DNA of 64,000 nucleotides from an uncultured Acidobacteriaceae bacterium (lineage in GTDB: Bacteria > Acidobacteriota > Terriglobia > Terriglobales > Acidobacteriaceae), in the NCBI GenBank assembly GCA_963815025.1, contig CAWFFD010000001.1, positions 1,781 through 65,780 of the forward strand, given 5' to 3'. Below, in pieces: positions 9,476-24,700 of this stretch. The notes below the pieces were generated by a model that did not search any database, had not been told where the DNA came from, and saw nothing but the letters and a program-made list of their open reading frames with translations. The position numbers were made by a program, and so were the translations under genes. Numbering within the stretch: the stretch's first letter is position 1; every line of letters starts with the position of its first letter.

Positions 9476-9748
9476 TTATTTGTACTTGTTCGCGTACTCG
9501 GCGGCCTGCTTCAATTCCCCATCCGCCTGCTGCAGCAAGACCTTGGCGCGTTGCGCGTGTCCGCCCAACTTATCCTTCCACGCCGCCTGTGCAACATCAA
9601 TCTGCCCCTCAGCACTACTGATCATCTTTTGGGCTTCAGCAAGGTGCGGGTGGACGCGAGGATTGATATCCTCCTGGCCAACGGCTACTCCTGCCGCAAA
9701 CAACGCGACGCTGAACACACCGGTTAACACTGCCTGCTTGGTTCTCAT
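9476..9748 (-). CDS. Small secreted helical protein, hypothetical
   Basis: Internal ATG at 9748 gives MRTKQAVLTGVFSVALFAAGVAVG (signal peptide) followed by a charged helical domain. Confidence 0.55.
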   Translation of the reverse strand: MRTKQAVLTGVFSVALFAAGVAVGQEDINPRVHPHLAEAQKMISSAEGQIDVAQAAWKDKLGGHAQRAKVLLQQADGELKQAAEYANKYK

Positions 9749-10020
9749 GATGGCTCTCTTCTCCGTAATGGCGTTGTCAGTGCGGTATATCAGAAATCCC
9801 TTCAGCCCGGTTAGAAACTGAATCAGACCCGAGTCGACATATGCCGACGTCGGCGCGCCCACTGTAGAGGGGAGGAGACAGTCCAGGCAAGAAAAGTATT
9901 TCGACACATCCGACCTAAGCGCGCCTTCGCCGCTCCGCTTGCGCCAGTCCGGCCAGTACCGTATCGTGTAAGCCGTTACAAAAGCCCGATAAGTTGCGTT
10001 ACAGAGGAGCCCCTGAGCCC

Positions 10021-11178
10021 ATGCGCAAGACCCTGCTAGCCCTCGCCCTGTTCGCCCTCCCCGTCGCCGCCCTTGCCCAGACCAAGATTGCCGCCACCCC
10101 GGCCATGGGCTGGAATAGCTGGAACCACTTCGCCAAGAACGTCACCGACAAGGATGTTCGCACCGCCGCCGACGAACTCGTCTCCACCGGCATGAAGGAC
10201 GCCGGCTACATCTACGTCAACATCGACGACGCCTGGCAAGGCAAGCGCGATGCCAACGGCAACATCGTGCCGAACAGCAAGTTCCCCGACATGAAGGCGC
10301 TCGCCGACTACGTGCACTCCAAGGGCCTCAAGATCGGCATCTACTCCGGACCCGGACCGAGGACCTGTGGCGGCTATACCGGCAGCTATCAACACGAAGA
10401 ACAGGATGCAAAGACCTACGCCGCCTGGGGCTTCGACTACCTCAAGTACGACCTCTGCAGCTACCACGAGATCATGCAGAAAGAAGCGCCCGGCGACCAG
10501 GCGAAGCAGTACGCCATGATGCGCGCTGCCTACGAGAAAATGCACAAGGCTCTCCAGGCCACCGGCCGCCCCATCTATTTCTCGCTCTGCCAGTACGGCT
10601 GGGACTCCGTCTGGAAATGGGGACCGACCGTCGGCGGCAATAGCTGGCGCACCACCGACGACATCCAGGACAACTACATGAGCATGTCGAACATCGGCTT
10701 CTCCCAGGCCGGTCTCTCGAAATACGCCGCGCCCGGCCACTGGAACGATCCCGACATGCTCGAAGTCGGCAATGGCAAGATGAACGGCAACGAATACCGT
10801 ACCCACATGAGCCTATGGGCCATCCTTGCCGCCCCGCTGCTTGCCGGCAATGACCTCTCCAAGATGTCAGAGGACACCAAGGCCATCCTCATGAACAAGG
10901 ACGTCATCGCCATCGATCAGGATCCCCTGGGCAAGCAGGGTGACCGCGTCAGCGCCGACGGTCCCTTTGAAGTTTGGTCCAAGCCACTCAAGGATGGCGT
11001 CCTTGCTGTCGGGCTTTTCAACCGCGGCCACGACGCGGAACAGATGTCGCTGCCGCTGCAGAAGCTCGGCCTCACCGCCGGCAGCAAAATTCATAACGTC
11101 TGGAACCCATCCGACAGCGGCCATGGCCCCTGGATGGTTCCCGAACACGGCGTCGTGCTGCTCATCGTAAAGAAGTAG
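10021..11178 (+). CDS. Alpha-galactosidase, GH27 family
   Basis: Signal peptide followed by PAMGWNSWN, YVNIDDAW and YLKYDLC motifs. Confidence 0.9.
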   Translation: MRKTLLALALFALPVAALAQTKIAATPAMGWNSWNHFAKNVTDKDVRTAADELVSTGMKDAGYIYVNIDDAWQGKRDANGNIVPNSKFPDMKALADYVHSKGLKIGIYSGPGPRTCGGYTGSYQHEEQDAKTYAAWGFDYLKYDLCSYHEIMQKEAPGDQAKQYAMMRAAYEKMHKALQATGRPIYFSLCQYGWDSVWKWGPTVGGNSWRTTDDIQDNYMSMSNIGFSQAGLSKYAAPGHWNDPDMLEVGNGKMNGNEYRTHMSLWAILAAPLLAGNDLSKMSEDTKAILMNKDVIAIDQDPLGKQGDRVSADGPFEVWSKPLKDGVLAVGLFNRGHDAEQMSLPLQKLGLTAGSKIHNVWNPSDSGHGPWMVPEHGVVLLIVKK

Positions 11179-11287
11179 CCATGAAAAACCTGTCAAGTAA
11201 GGAGTTATGAAAATCCATTCCCGCCGTAACTGGTAAGGCCTAGATCGGGCCTAGTAGTTCCCGAAATAAATAGCGTTAGATAGATAC

Positions 11288-11692
11288 ATGAAACGCCTAC
11301 TCCTTCTGGCTTTTCTTGTTATCTTGCCCATCGTTGCCGTGGGCAATGAGGATCTGTCGAAGTACGCTGGCACCTACAAAGGCGAGACTCAGTCCTTTAG
11401 CGATCGCACTATGACATTGAGCCTCGGCGATGATGGCACCGCTACCCTCACGCAGTCGCCCGATGCCGTCAACGAGATCACTAGCTTCGGTCGTTGGGTC
11501 CGCCAGGGCGACATGATCACGCTTACCTTGGATCCGGTCGGCAAACAGGCCGCCCCGCCTCCTATGACCTTCCGCTTGGACCACAGGACACTGACCCCCG
11601 TTTCGTGGAATCACAGCCTGTGGCGTACCGCTCCGCCACCCGCTATGAAACGCATGAAGGTCAAGAAGCATGACTCCGACGACGACCTCTAG
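11288..11692 (+). CDS. Small secreted protein, paralog 1, hypothetical
   Basis: Signal peptide MKRLLLLAFLVILPIVAV. It shares YAGTYKGET...TLTQSP...EITSF...TLTPV..NH.LWRT.PPP with the 11841 ORF. Confidence 0.65.
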   Translation: MKRLLLLAFLVILPIVAVGNEDLSKYAGTYKGETQSFSDRTMTLSLGDDGTATLTQSPDAVNEITSFGRWVRQGDMITLTLDPVGKQAAPPPMTFRLDHRTLTPVSWNHSLWRTAPPPAMKRMKVKKHDSDDDL

Positions 11693-11704
11693 CCTCAGAC
11701 GGTT

Positions 11705-11802
11705 GTCATGCCCGCGATCCCCCACGTCTCAGAGGTGAGCGACCAAAGGGAGCGAACCCAGCAATATGCGCCGCACGCGCATCCGGCTCGGACGGCTAGT
11801 CC
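11705..11802. repeat. Composite dispersed repeat, copy 2 (degenerate module A, good module B)
   Basis: GTGAGCGACCAAAGGGAGCGAACCCAGC...CGCCGCACGCGC...GGACGGCTAGTCC. Confidence 0.65.
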
Positions 11803-11840
11803 TGCAACATAGGCCCATGCCCGCGGGTTAGCATAGTCAC

Positions 11841-12260
11841 ATGAAGCGCCTTCTCTTCCTCGCCCTTCTTGCCGCCCTTCCCCTCACCGCATTCGCGAAG
11901 AATGAGCAGTCGAAGCTCGCCGGGACCTACAAGGGCGAGACACGGGCCAAGGACGAGACCCGCGCTCAGAGCCAGGACGGCACCTACGCCATCCGTCACC
12001 ACACCATGACACTCGACCTCGGCAAGGATGGCAGCGCTACCCTCACGCAATCCCCCACCGGCGCGGACGAAATCACCAGCTTCGCCCACTGGACCCTCCA
12101 GGGCGACACCCTCAAGCTCACCTTCGATCCCGTCGACAAGCAGCCCACGCCCGCGCCCATCAGCTTTCGCTACGACCACAAAACGTTGACGCCCGTCGTC
12201 TACAACCACGACCTGTGGCGCACCCTCCCGCCACCTCCGCTCAAATTCCAGAGTCCGTAG
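11841..12260 (+). CDS. Small secreted protein, paralog 2, hypothetical
   Basis: Signal peptide MKRLLFLALLAALPLTAFA. Collinear similarity to the 11288 ORF. Confidence 0.65.
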   Translation: MKRLLFLALLAALPLTAFAKNEQSKLAGTYKGETRAKDETRAQSQDGTYAIRHHTMTLDLGKDGSATLTQSPTGADEITSFAHWTLQGDTLKLTFDPVDKQPTPAPISFRYDHKTLTPVVYNHDLWRTLPPPPLKFQSP

Positions 12261-12296
12261 AACCGCGCGCGGCAATGCTGCTCAGCAACCCGCTAC

Positions 12297-12476
12297 TCAG
12301 CAACCATAGTGCCGTCCCTCTTCTTCCAGGTGCGCGCTCGCATTGCCATCCGGCGTAAAGGTTCGCTGGAAAAATGAATCTTCCACCACATAACATTCAC
12401 CGCCCTCACCACGTACTACCCAGTCTCCCCGCCGCACATGCCGCAGTCCCCTGTCGGTCTGGATTGTCATTGGCAT
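12297..12476 (-). CDS. Small hypothetical protein (59 aa)
   Basis: MPMTIQTDRGLRHVRRGDWVVRGEGGECYVVEDSFFQRTF. I cannot assign a family with confidence; it loosely resembles PGDYG-like small proteins. GC3 bias is moderate. Confidence 0.35.
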   Translation of the reverse strand: MPMTIQTDRGLRHVRRGDWVVRGEGGECYVVEDSFFQRTFTPDGNASAHLEEEGRHYGC

Positions 12477-12664
12477 CGTGCATTGATTCGCGTCCACAAG
12501 CAGGGGCCGAGATGTTCTAAAAAGTCCCATACAGATTTGTTTTCCTCCACACCTCCATCCCACGCCGCGCCGGATAAGGATGCAGTCGGAACTCTGTTAA
12601 ATCTCCGATAGGACAGTGGCAGATGTCTGTGATGAACGTGAGATACCGAGGATCCACAAACTCC

Positions 12665-12786
12665 GTCATCTTGAGCAAAGGGCGGCTGCAGTTCAGCTAG
12701 GTCGTCCACTCCACCACGCTTGAGCGACCAAAGGGAGCGAACCCAGTAACCTGCGCCGCAGGCGCAATCGCCGCGGACGGCCAGTC
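12665..12786. repeat. Composite dispersed repeat, copy 3
   Basis: GTCATCTTGAGCAAAGGGCGGCTGCAGTTC ... TTGAGCGACCAAAGGGAGCGAACCCAG...TGCGCCGCAGGCGCA...GGACGGCCAGTCC. Confidence 0.7.
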
Positions 12787-12825
12787 CGGCGAAGAATTGG
12801 CGAAGCCCGGCGCTACAATAGCGCA

Positions 12826-17587
<4,762 letters not shown>

Positions 17588-17951
17588 GTTCGGAACCCCG
17601 AATGTTGTACTCGCCGACGCTCAAAATCCAATTGAGCCCTGAAGCTGCTTCGAAAATACTTTGAGCGAAAACGTAACTTTCGCGTCCTCCTGATGGACAA
17701 CGTGCGGCGTCGATCGAAGGATGCAGCGTGATGCTGTCTTCCCTGGAGAATGCACGCAGTCGGTCGAGTTCAGTTTTTTCTGGATGCACATTCGCGCTCC
17801 TGGCCACCACTCCTTTCATGTAGCAGGAGCAGTTTCCTATTGCACTTGCGCATCGAGAAACGTGAATTGACGATGCCTGATCGCGGAGAGAAGCCACAAA
17901 AATGGTGAAGTTCCGGAAAGTATTCCGGACACCGAATCGGAGAGGCGAGGA

Positions 17952-18728
17952 ATGAACGAAATGAAGAACGACGAAGTTGGAAAACGGATAGCCAACCTTG
18001 CAAAGCTGCTTCTTGGGCTTATGCTGACTCTCACGCTCTATCCGCAAAACGCACATGCGCAGACGCAGCCTGCTGACTCCGGAGCCAGCGCAGACTCATA
18101 CCAGACTCTGTACCTCACCGCTCTCACGAATGAAAACGATGCCAACCAGATTCAGACCGACCTGCGCAACATGCTGCCTCATGCCAAGCTGTACTATGTG
18201 CCATCGCAGAGCGCCCTATCTATCCGCGGTACACCCGAAGAAATTTCGCTCGCGCGGAAGATTGTTTCCGATCTCGATCGAACCAGGAAGATCTACCGGC
18301 TGACTTACACGATCACAGAAACCGACAGTGGCAGGCGCCTGTCTCAGCAGCGCTTTTCCCTCATCGTGGCATCGGGAAGCAAGACGGACTTCAAGCAAGG
18401 CAGCAAAGTGCCCCTGGTGACCGGCTCATACAACACGGCTGCGCCTGGAACAGCAGACACCCAGGTGCAATATCAGGACGTAGGCTTCGAGATCGAAGCA
18501 TCTCTCGAAGGATATGTCGATGGCGTGAGGCTGAGTTCGAAGATTGCGGAATCGAGTCTCGCAGAAGAGAAGTCCGGCATCGGCCCGCAAGACCCGATCT
18601 TTCGGCAGACCACTCTCACAGGAACGTCTACCCTCGTGCAAGGCAAGCCGCTCGTCCTTGGCTCGCTGGATATTCCGGGCAGCACGCGCCATCAGGAGGT
18701 CGAGGTAGTCTCAGAGCTGGTTCGCTAG
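17952..18728 (+). CDS. Short secretin-like protein (Secretin_N-like module plus a partial secretin core)
   Basis: Signal peptide, then LYLTALTNENDANQIQTDLRNML...ALSIRGTPEEISLARKIVSDLD (secretin N-domain pattern). VQYQDVGFEIEASL...PIFRQTTLTGTSTLVQGKPLVLGSL follows the secretin core pattern. Only 258 aa. Confidence 0.55.
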   Translation: MNEMKNDEVGKRIANLAKLLLGLMLTLTLYPQNAHAQTQPADSGASADSYQTLYLTALTNENDANQIQTDLRNMLPHAKLYYVPSQSALSIRGTPEEISLARKIVSDLDRTRKIYRLTYTITETDSGRRLSQQRFSLIVASGSKTDFKQGSKVPLVTGSYNTAAPGTADTQVQYQDVGFEIEASLEGYVDGVRLSSKIAESSLAEEKSGIGPQDPIFRQTTLTGTSTLVQGKPLVLGSLDIPGSTRHQEVEVVSELVR

Positions 18729-18883
18729 AAATGGTTGCATACACCGGCATCCGCCGATGAAGCCACGGATGAGACCCGCCAGCGAAGCGGGTCTCACGCT
18801 GCCGGACCAAGCGACGGAAGAATTTGTGCAACCACTTCTAGATAGCAGAGAGTGCGGTTCTCCTGCTGCACTACTCTGTCCGT

Positions 18884-19552
18884 ATGCACAACGTCCAGGA
18901 ATTTCGCGATGATGCGGATGGAGTGCCCGTCCGCGGCTATCTGCACACGCCGTCTGCTTCCGGTGGCGACTGCCTCGTCCTGACGCACGGGGCGGGAGCG
19001 AACTGCAACTCTCCGCTTCTCGTCTCGCTGGCGGATGCGTTCTGCGCTATGGGAGTGACCGTCCTCCGCTGCGACCTTCCCTTCCGCCAGTTGCGTCCGC
19101 ACGGGCCACCACCGCGCGGCAGTGCGGAACGCGACCAACAGGGTCTCCGCGCGGCCATTGCGTCCATGCGTCGGCAAGCTCGAGGCCGCCTTTTTCTGGG
19201 CGGCCATTCGTATGGAGGAAGGCAGGCGTCGATGCTCTGTGCGGCTGAACCGGAAATTGCCGATGCGCTCCTGCTGCTTTCCTACCCGCTCCATCCGCCA
19301 CAGCGCCGCACCGAGTTACGGACTGGGCATTTCCCCAATCTCAACACTCCTGCACTCTTCGTTCACGGCATGCGGGATGGATTCGGTTCCATCGAAGAGT
19401 TGGCCGCGGCGATACAGCTCATCCCGGCAAGAACCGAAGTGCTTCCGATCGCTGGCGCCGGGCACGAACTCATGACGAAGAAAAATCGCGATGAGCTACC
19501 GAAGATCGTAGTGAAGGCATTCCAGTCATTCGCTTCCGACGCGGTTGCTTGA
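18884..19552 (+). CDS. Alpha/beta hydrolase (KANL3/Tex30-like, dienelactone-hydrolase-like)
   Basis: LVLTHGAGAN..., nucleophile elbow GGHSYGG and late GAGHEL; 222 aa. Confidence 0.8.
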   Translation: MHNVQEFRDDADGVPVRGYLHTPSASGGDCLVLTHGAGANCNSPLLVSLADAFCAMGVTVLRCDLPFRQLRPHGPPPRGSAERDQQGLRAAIASMRRQARGRLFLGGHSYGGRQASMLCAAEPEIADALLLLSYPLHPPQRRTELRTGHFPNLNTPALFVHGMRDGFGSIEELAAAIQLIPARTEVLPIAGAGHELMTKKNRDELPKIVVKAFQSFASDAVA

Positions 19553-19616
19553 CCACTCTTCCGGACAACCGAATCGGCTATGAGCGAAGCCTCGCTACCG
19601 GCCAGCAGGAATACAG

Positions 19617-21792
19617 CTACAGACCGCCTGACGGCGAGGGGTGCGGGGTTGGTGCGGTCGTTGCCGGGGGAACAGCCACAGGAGCGCGCACCAGAACCGC
19701 CGTCCGCGGAAAGCTGAATGCACCCGCCCGGTCGTCGATCACGTTCACCTGGCAGGTATATTGTCCCGGCTTTAAGTCTTTCAGCGGCACGTCGAACTGG
19801 AACGCGATCATGTTCCGTCCCGGATCGGTCAGCTTCGTCGCCTCCACCAGCGGCGTCTCGAATACCTTGGTCGAGCCCGACAGGAACTCGATGGAAGTCA
19901 GCAGCCGTGGCGACTGCGACTTCGCATCCGCCGTCTTCGTATCCGGGCTCTTCTGATCCGGAGCGTAGACCTCGTACAAGCAGATACAGATGCCCGTCCT
20001 GCCGGAAGACGTGCGCCACGTTCGGTACCCAGAGCTGCCCATCCTGAATCAGCGGATTGGCCTGCTTGCTCTTCGGCGCAGGCTGCCGCTGGCTTGCCAG
20101 CAGCACAGACGATACTTTCATCGGCGCCTTCGCCAGGTCTGGAACGTTAATGTCCGTCTCGAACGAACCCATGTGCCCGGTCTCGTTCTCGCGCACCACA
20201 AATTTCACGTGGTACTTGCCCGGCGGCAGCGTGAAGCTGGTGGTGTACTGCACATTCTTCCGCGACACCTGCTGCTGCTGGTCGATCGCCAGCTTCACCG
20301 TCTGTCGCACCTCTCCCTCGGCACGGCCGGCCATATCCTTCACTTCGCCGATGATGTCGATCGTCGCCTTGTCCCGGTCGCCGCCTTTCACAAACGGGAT
20401 CTGCGAGCCGGGCACGATCAGTGATACCGGAATGTAGTAGCGATCTGGCGCCAGCTCGAAGTAGTACGCCGCCATGTACACCGGCACATCGGTCGCCGGC
20501 AGATCACTCTCCAGTTGCTCGTTAAGCTGTCGTTCGCGGTCCTCGTGGTTCGAGTGCTGGTAGTCCGCCGGCGCGTAATACCCCGGCCGGTACTCGAGTT
20601 TCACATCGGTCCGGTTCAACTTGATCTGCAGCTTGCGATAGCGCCCATCGCGCGCCGTGTTGCTGGAGCGGAATCCGATCACGTAGTACTGCGCGGTGTC
20701 GTTCTCCATCGCTTGAAAGGCCGGCGCGAAGTCGTTCGAGTCGCCGTAGAATTTGCCCCCGGTGTCCGCAGCCAGCGTAGATAACACCTCCTGCGAATTG
20801 AAATTCGCATCCAGATTGTTCTGGAACGCCTGGCCGTTGTACGAGCTCGCGCCGCGGATCGATCCCGTCGACGCATCGCCCAGCGGCGAGATCGCCTGCA
20901 GCCCGCGCATGTCCACGCTGTAGATCGACAGGTTTGCCCGCACCGCCGAATTTGTCGCCGAACGCAGCGAGGCCTCGTTCTCGATGCCATCACGCTGGAT
21001 GCCTCCCGAGAAATAGAGCAGCGCTTTCTTCTGATTGATGTAAGCCAGAGACTTCGCAATCTGCGCAATCGCGTAGAGTTGGCGATCGGTATTCAGGTCG
21101 TTGTATTCGCTCTCATCCGGGGTAAAGCTGCTCGCGTCTTCCACCTGGTTAGTCGTCGAGGTGGCGCCGGCCTGGAATCCCGACTGCTGCGTGCTGTCGT
21201 AGCTCGCGACAGCCGCGAGCAGCGCCTGTTTGTTCGCGGTAAAGTCCTGGTTCACGCTGAGTGAATCACTCAACGACACCGCCGCCACCAGATCCGCCGG
21301 TTGCATCTGCCGGTTGATGTAGTTTTTCGCCGCCTCGATCGAGCGCGTCAGGTCATCCGGCTGCATCGACGTGAGATCGAAAAAGAGGATGACCAGTCGG
21401 TGATTGCGCAGTGCATCGCCCGTCACCACGCCCGTACCGTTGCCTTTGCCCAGCACCAGTTGCCCTTCCTTCCCGCTCACCGTCGCTTCATGCAGTGGAG
21501 TGGCCTGGTCGATGCTCTGGAAATCGAAGGTCTCAATCTTCTGCGGCTTACCGTTCTCGAGAACCGTGAAGTCCTTGGCCGTCAACCCCTGCACCACAGC
21601 GCCCGTATGCTTGTCGCGCACCACCACATTCGTCAATACCAGGTCGCTCTGCACCTTCAGCACATAGCCAGGGGTTCGGAAGGATATTGGGTTGCCGTTG
21701 GCGACAGGCTGCTGGCCCTGCGCCTGCAGCCATGGCGCGTGTACCAGCGGCAGTGTGAGGCCCAGCAGCGCGCATGCCAGTAGGGTTCGCAT
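19617..21792 (-). pseudogene. VWA domain protein (acidobacterial VWFA-related type) with one frameshift near 19978
   Basis: Signal peptide, VILFFDLTSM VWA start, long C-terminal region. Reading ...FRQDGHLYLL then YEVYAPDQKS... needs a frame change at about 19976-19981. The true C-terminus is ORF 19617-20042. The 19363-extension is antisense to the hydrolase gene. Confidence 0.8.
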
Positions 21793-24700
21793 CAGTAACG
21801 GAACCTCGCTATCAGCACGAAGGTGCGCATCGGCGCCGCCGACGTGATCTGACCGTAAGTGCTCGAGCCCAGGCTCGTGTCCACGCCCGCATACTGCACC
21901 GTGTTCAGGATGTTGTCCGCTGTGCCGCGCAGCTCCAGGTTGCGCATCTCTCCCAGCCGGATGGTCTTCGACAGCGACGCGTCGAAGGTCAACGTCCCCG
22001 GACCGGGAATGGAGTAGCGCGATGCCGTGCCATACACCTGGCCTGGCGCAAGGTCGCTGCTGAAGGCGTCCGTATTGAACCAGCGGTCCAGCTTTCCACC
22101 GCCGGCGGTCAGCGACACTCCCGGGATCCGGTTCGGCCGCAGCGAACCGGTGCTGCCGCGCGCCACGTCCTGGGTGTTCGCCACGAAGCGGGGCGTCAGC
22201 GGTTCGCCGGTAGCGAACGCAAATGTGCCGGAGAAAGATACATTTGCCAGCCCGTGCGAAAGCCAGTTGCCGCTGCTCAGGAAGTGCGCATCAGGTCCGA
22301 AGGGAAACTCGTAGAGGAAGTCGCCCTTCAGGTTGTGGCGAACATCGAAAGACGAGTTTGACTCTTCTGCAAGGATGTTCTGCCAGTTCTGTGCCACCAC
22401 GGCCGTCGTACCGCCGTTGCCGCCGATCGCGCTGGCATCGTCGATCGCATGCGAATAGGTATAGGTGGCGCCCAGGGCAACCCCGCTTTGCAACCGCCGG
22501 CGCAGCCGAATCGTGCCGGCGTTGAAGTTCGAAAAGCCGATGGAATTCGAGTAGTTGTAGTACACGCCGCTCAGCGAAGAGTCGGCATTGCGTCCCGGCG
22601 CCGTCAACACATCCAGCCGCGTGCCCTTCGCACCGTTCCAGCCCACATTCAGCACAATACCGCCGGGCATCGTGCGCTGGATGTCCAGGTTCCACACCTG
22701 CACGTAAGGCAGCCGGTAATTTTTGTTGACGGAGTAATTCCCAGCGGCTTGCGGAATCGTCGAAAAACCGTTCGCCAGACAGATCGCCCAGTACGTGGTG
22801 CACGCCGGAACACCGGGCGTAGCCTGGGTTGCCTGGTTGGTCTGTACATCCGCGAAGGGTGGCTGGAAGGCAAGGTTCTGGATGAAGCTGATGTATTGGC
22901 CGTTGGCAAAGTTCACGCCATAGCCGCCACGCACCACCGTATTCCGGAATGCCTTCCATGCAAAGCCAACGCGCGGCGAGAAATCGTCGCGGTCCGGGTA
23001 GATCAGCGTCTTCGGATAGCGGCCCGTATATTTTCCCACTCCGCCGGCGAGCACCGGCGCCACCTGGGAGAAGTCGGCGCTGGGGTCGATCGTCGCTAGC
23101 CGTCCATCCTTCTCTGAGTAGGGAGAGAAATATTCATAGCGCAGACCCGCCAGCACCGTGAAATTGGCACGCACCCGCCAGTCATCCTGCAAAAATGCGT
23201 CGTAGATATTCGCTCGCAGATACGCCTTCTGATACGCGGCCTGGAGAGTGGTCTGCTGCGGGAGTCCGAGCAGCAGATCGGCCAGCGATGAGCCCGTACC
23301 AGCTTGCCCATTGCCTCCATTCGTCCCTGTACCGCTGGTGCCGGAGGAGCCCGGCTGCTGCGTGGCGAGCCCGGTGAAGACAAACGTGCCGGTAGAGTTC
23401 GTCTGACCGATCATGCTGAGATCGATGCGCTTGTAGTCGCCGCCGAATTTGACGTTGTGCTTGCCATGCACCCACGTGCTCGAATCGGAGACACCCAGCG
23501 TCTGGTTGGTCTGGAAGCTTGGCTGCTCTTCGTTCAAACCCGAGAACTGCACCAGCGTGACGCTCGGCAATCCGTAGTTCAATGGACTTGCCGCCGCGCC
23601 GCTCAACACGTTGATCCCCAGGTTTGTCGCGACGTCTTCTTTGTTGGTGAAGAAGTTGCTGAGCTGGGAATTCGAGCGGTTCAGATTCCCCGTGAGGTTA
23701 TTGGTCAACCGGCCTACGCCGATCGTGTAACCGAGCTGCAGCGAATATTGATGCGTCTGCTGCTTGCCGCCCAGGTCGGGAAACAGATTCACCTCGTCCG
23801 CGCCGGTGTGGCTGTAATTGAAGTTCGCGTTGATGCTCTGGTGCAGCCCCGGCGAGCTCGCTCCGGTGAACTGGCGGAGCACGTTTGAGAACGCCGTGCC
23901 CCCGCCAAAGCTGCGCATATAACGCGCGCCTACGGTCGTTGTGTTCGTGGTCGCCGAGGTCAGACGCTGGTAGTTCTGCCGGTTCGTCGTCGTCAGATTT
24001 GGCAGCGGCACGTAATTCAGCAGTGCGTTCGCCTGCGGGCTGATCCGTTGCGGCGGAATCGCATTGTTAGGGAACGGCAGCCCGGTGCTTGGATCATAGA
24101 TCGTCGGCTGTCCCGCGAAGTTTCCTCCACGCAGCTCTGTATCCGGCACCGTTCCGTAGTTGTCGAAGGGCGATGACGAGTGATTGCCGATGAGCGACAG
24201 GAAGAAGAAATCCTTCGTATCATTCTCGAGCACGTGCGGGATGTACGGCGCTCCCGCGATGATCGCGCCAAAGCGGTTCGAGTTGTAGGCAGGCTGCGGC
24301 TCATCCTGGCCCCGCAGCGCGAAGTCCTTTGCATCGAACAGGCTGTTGCCGCCTTGCCAGAAGAGCGCGCCGTGCGGCTTGTTCGGATTCATGTGGCGGA
24401 AGTTGAAGCCCCGGCCACCCCCTCCGCCAAACCCGCCGCCACCACGACCGCCGCCGCGGCCGCCGCCGAATCCACCTCCGCCGCCTGGTCCTGCACCGCC
24501 CGGTCCGCCGCCACCGAATCCGGCAAAATTCCCCCCGCTCTGCCGTTGCCCGGGAACCTGCGCCAGCGTCTGCTGCTGTTGCATGTTTTCGAGGTTGTCG
24601 CGCATCTGATCCATGTTGACGCCGGCAAATGGATTCGTCGTGCCGCTCTGTCCGGTCACCGTCACGGACTCCGTGCTCACATCGCTGTTGCCCGCAGCGG

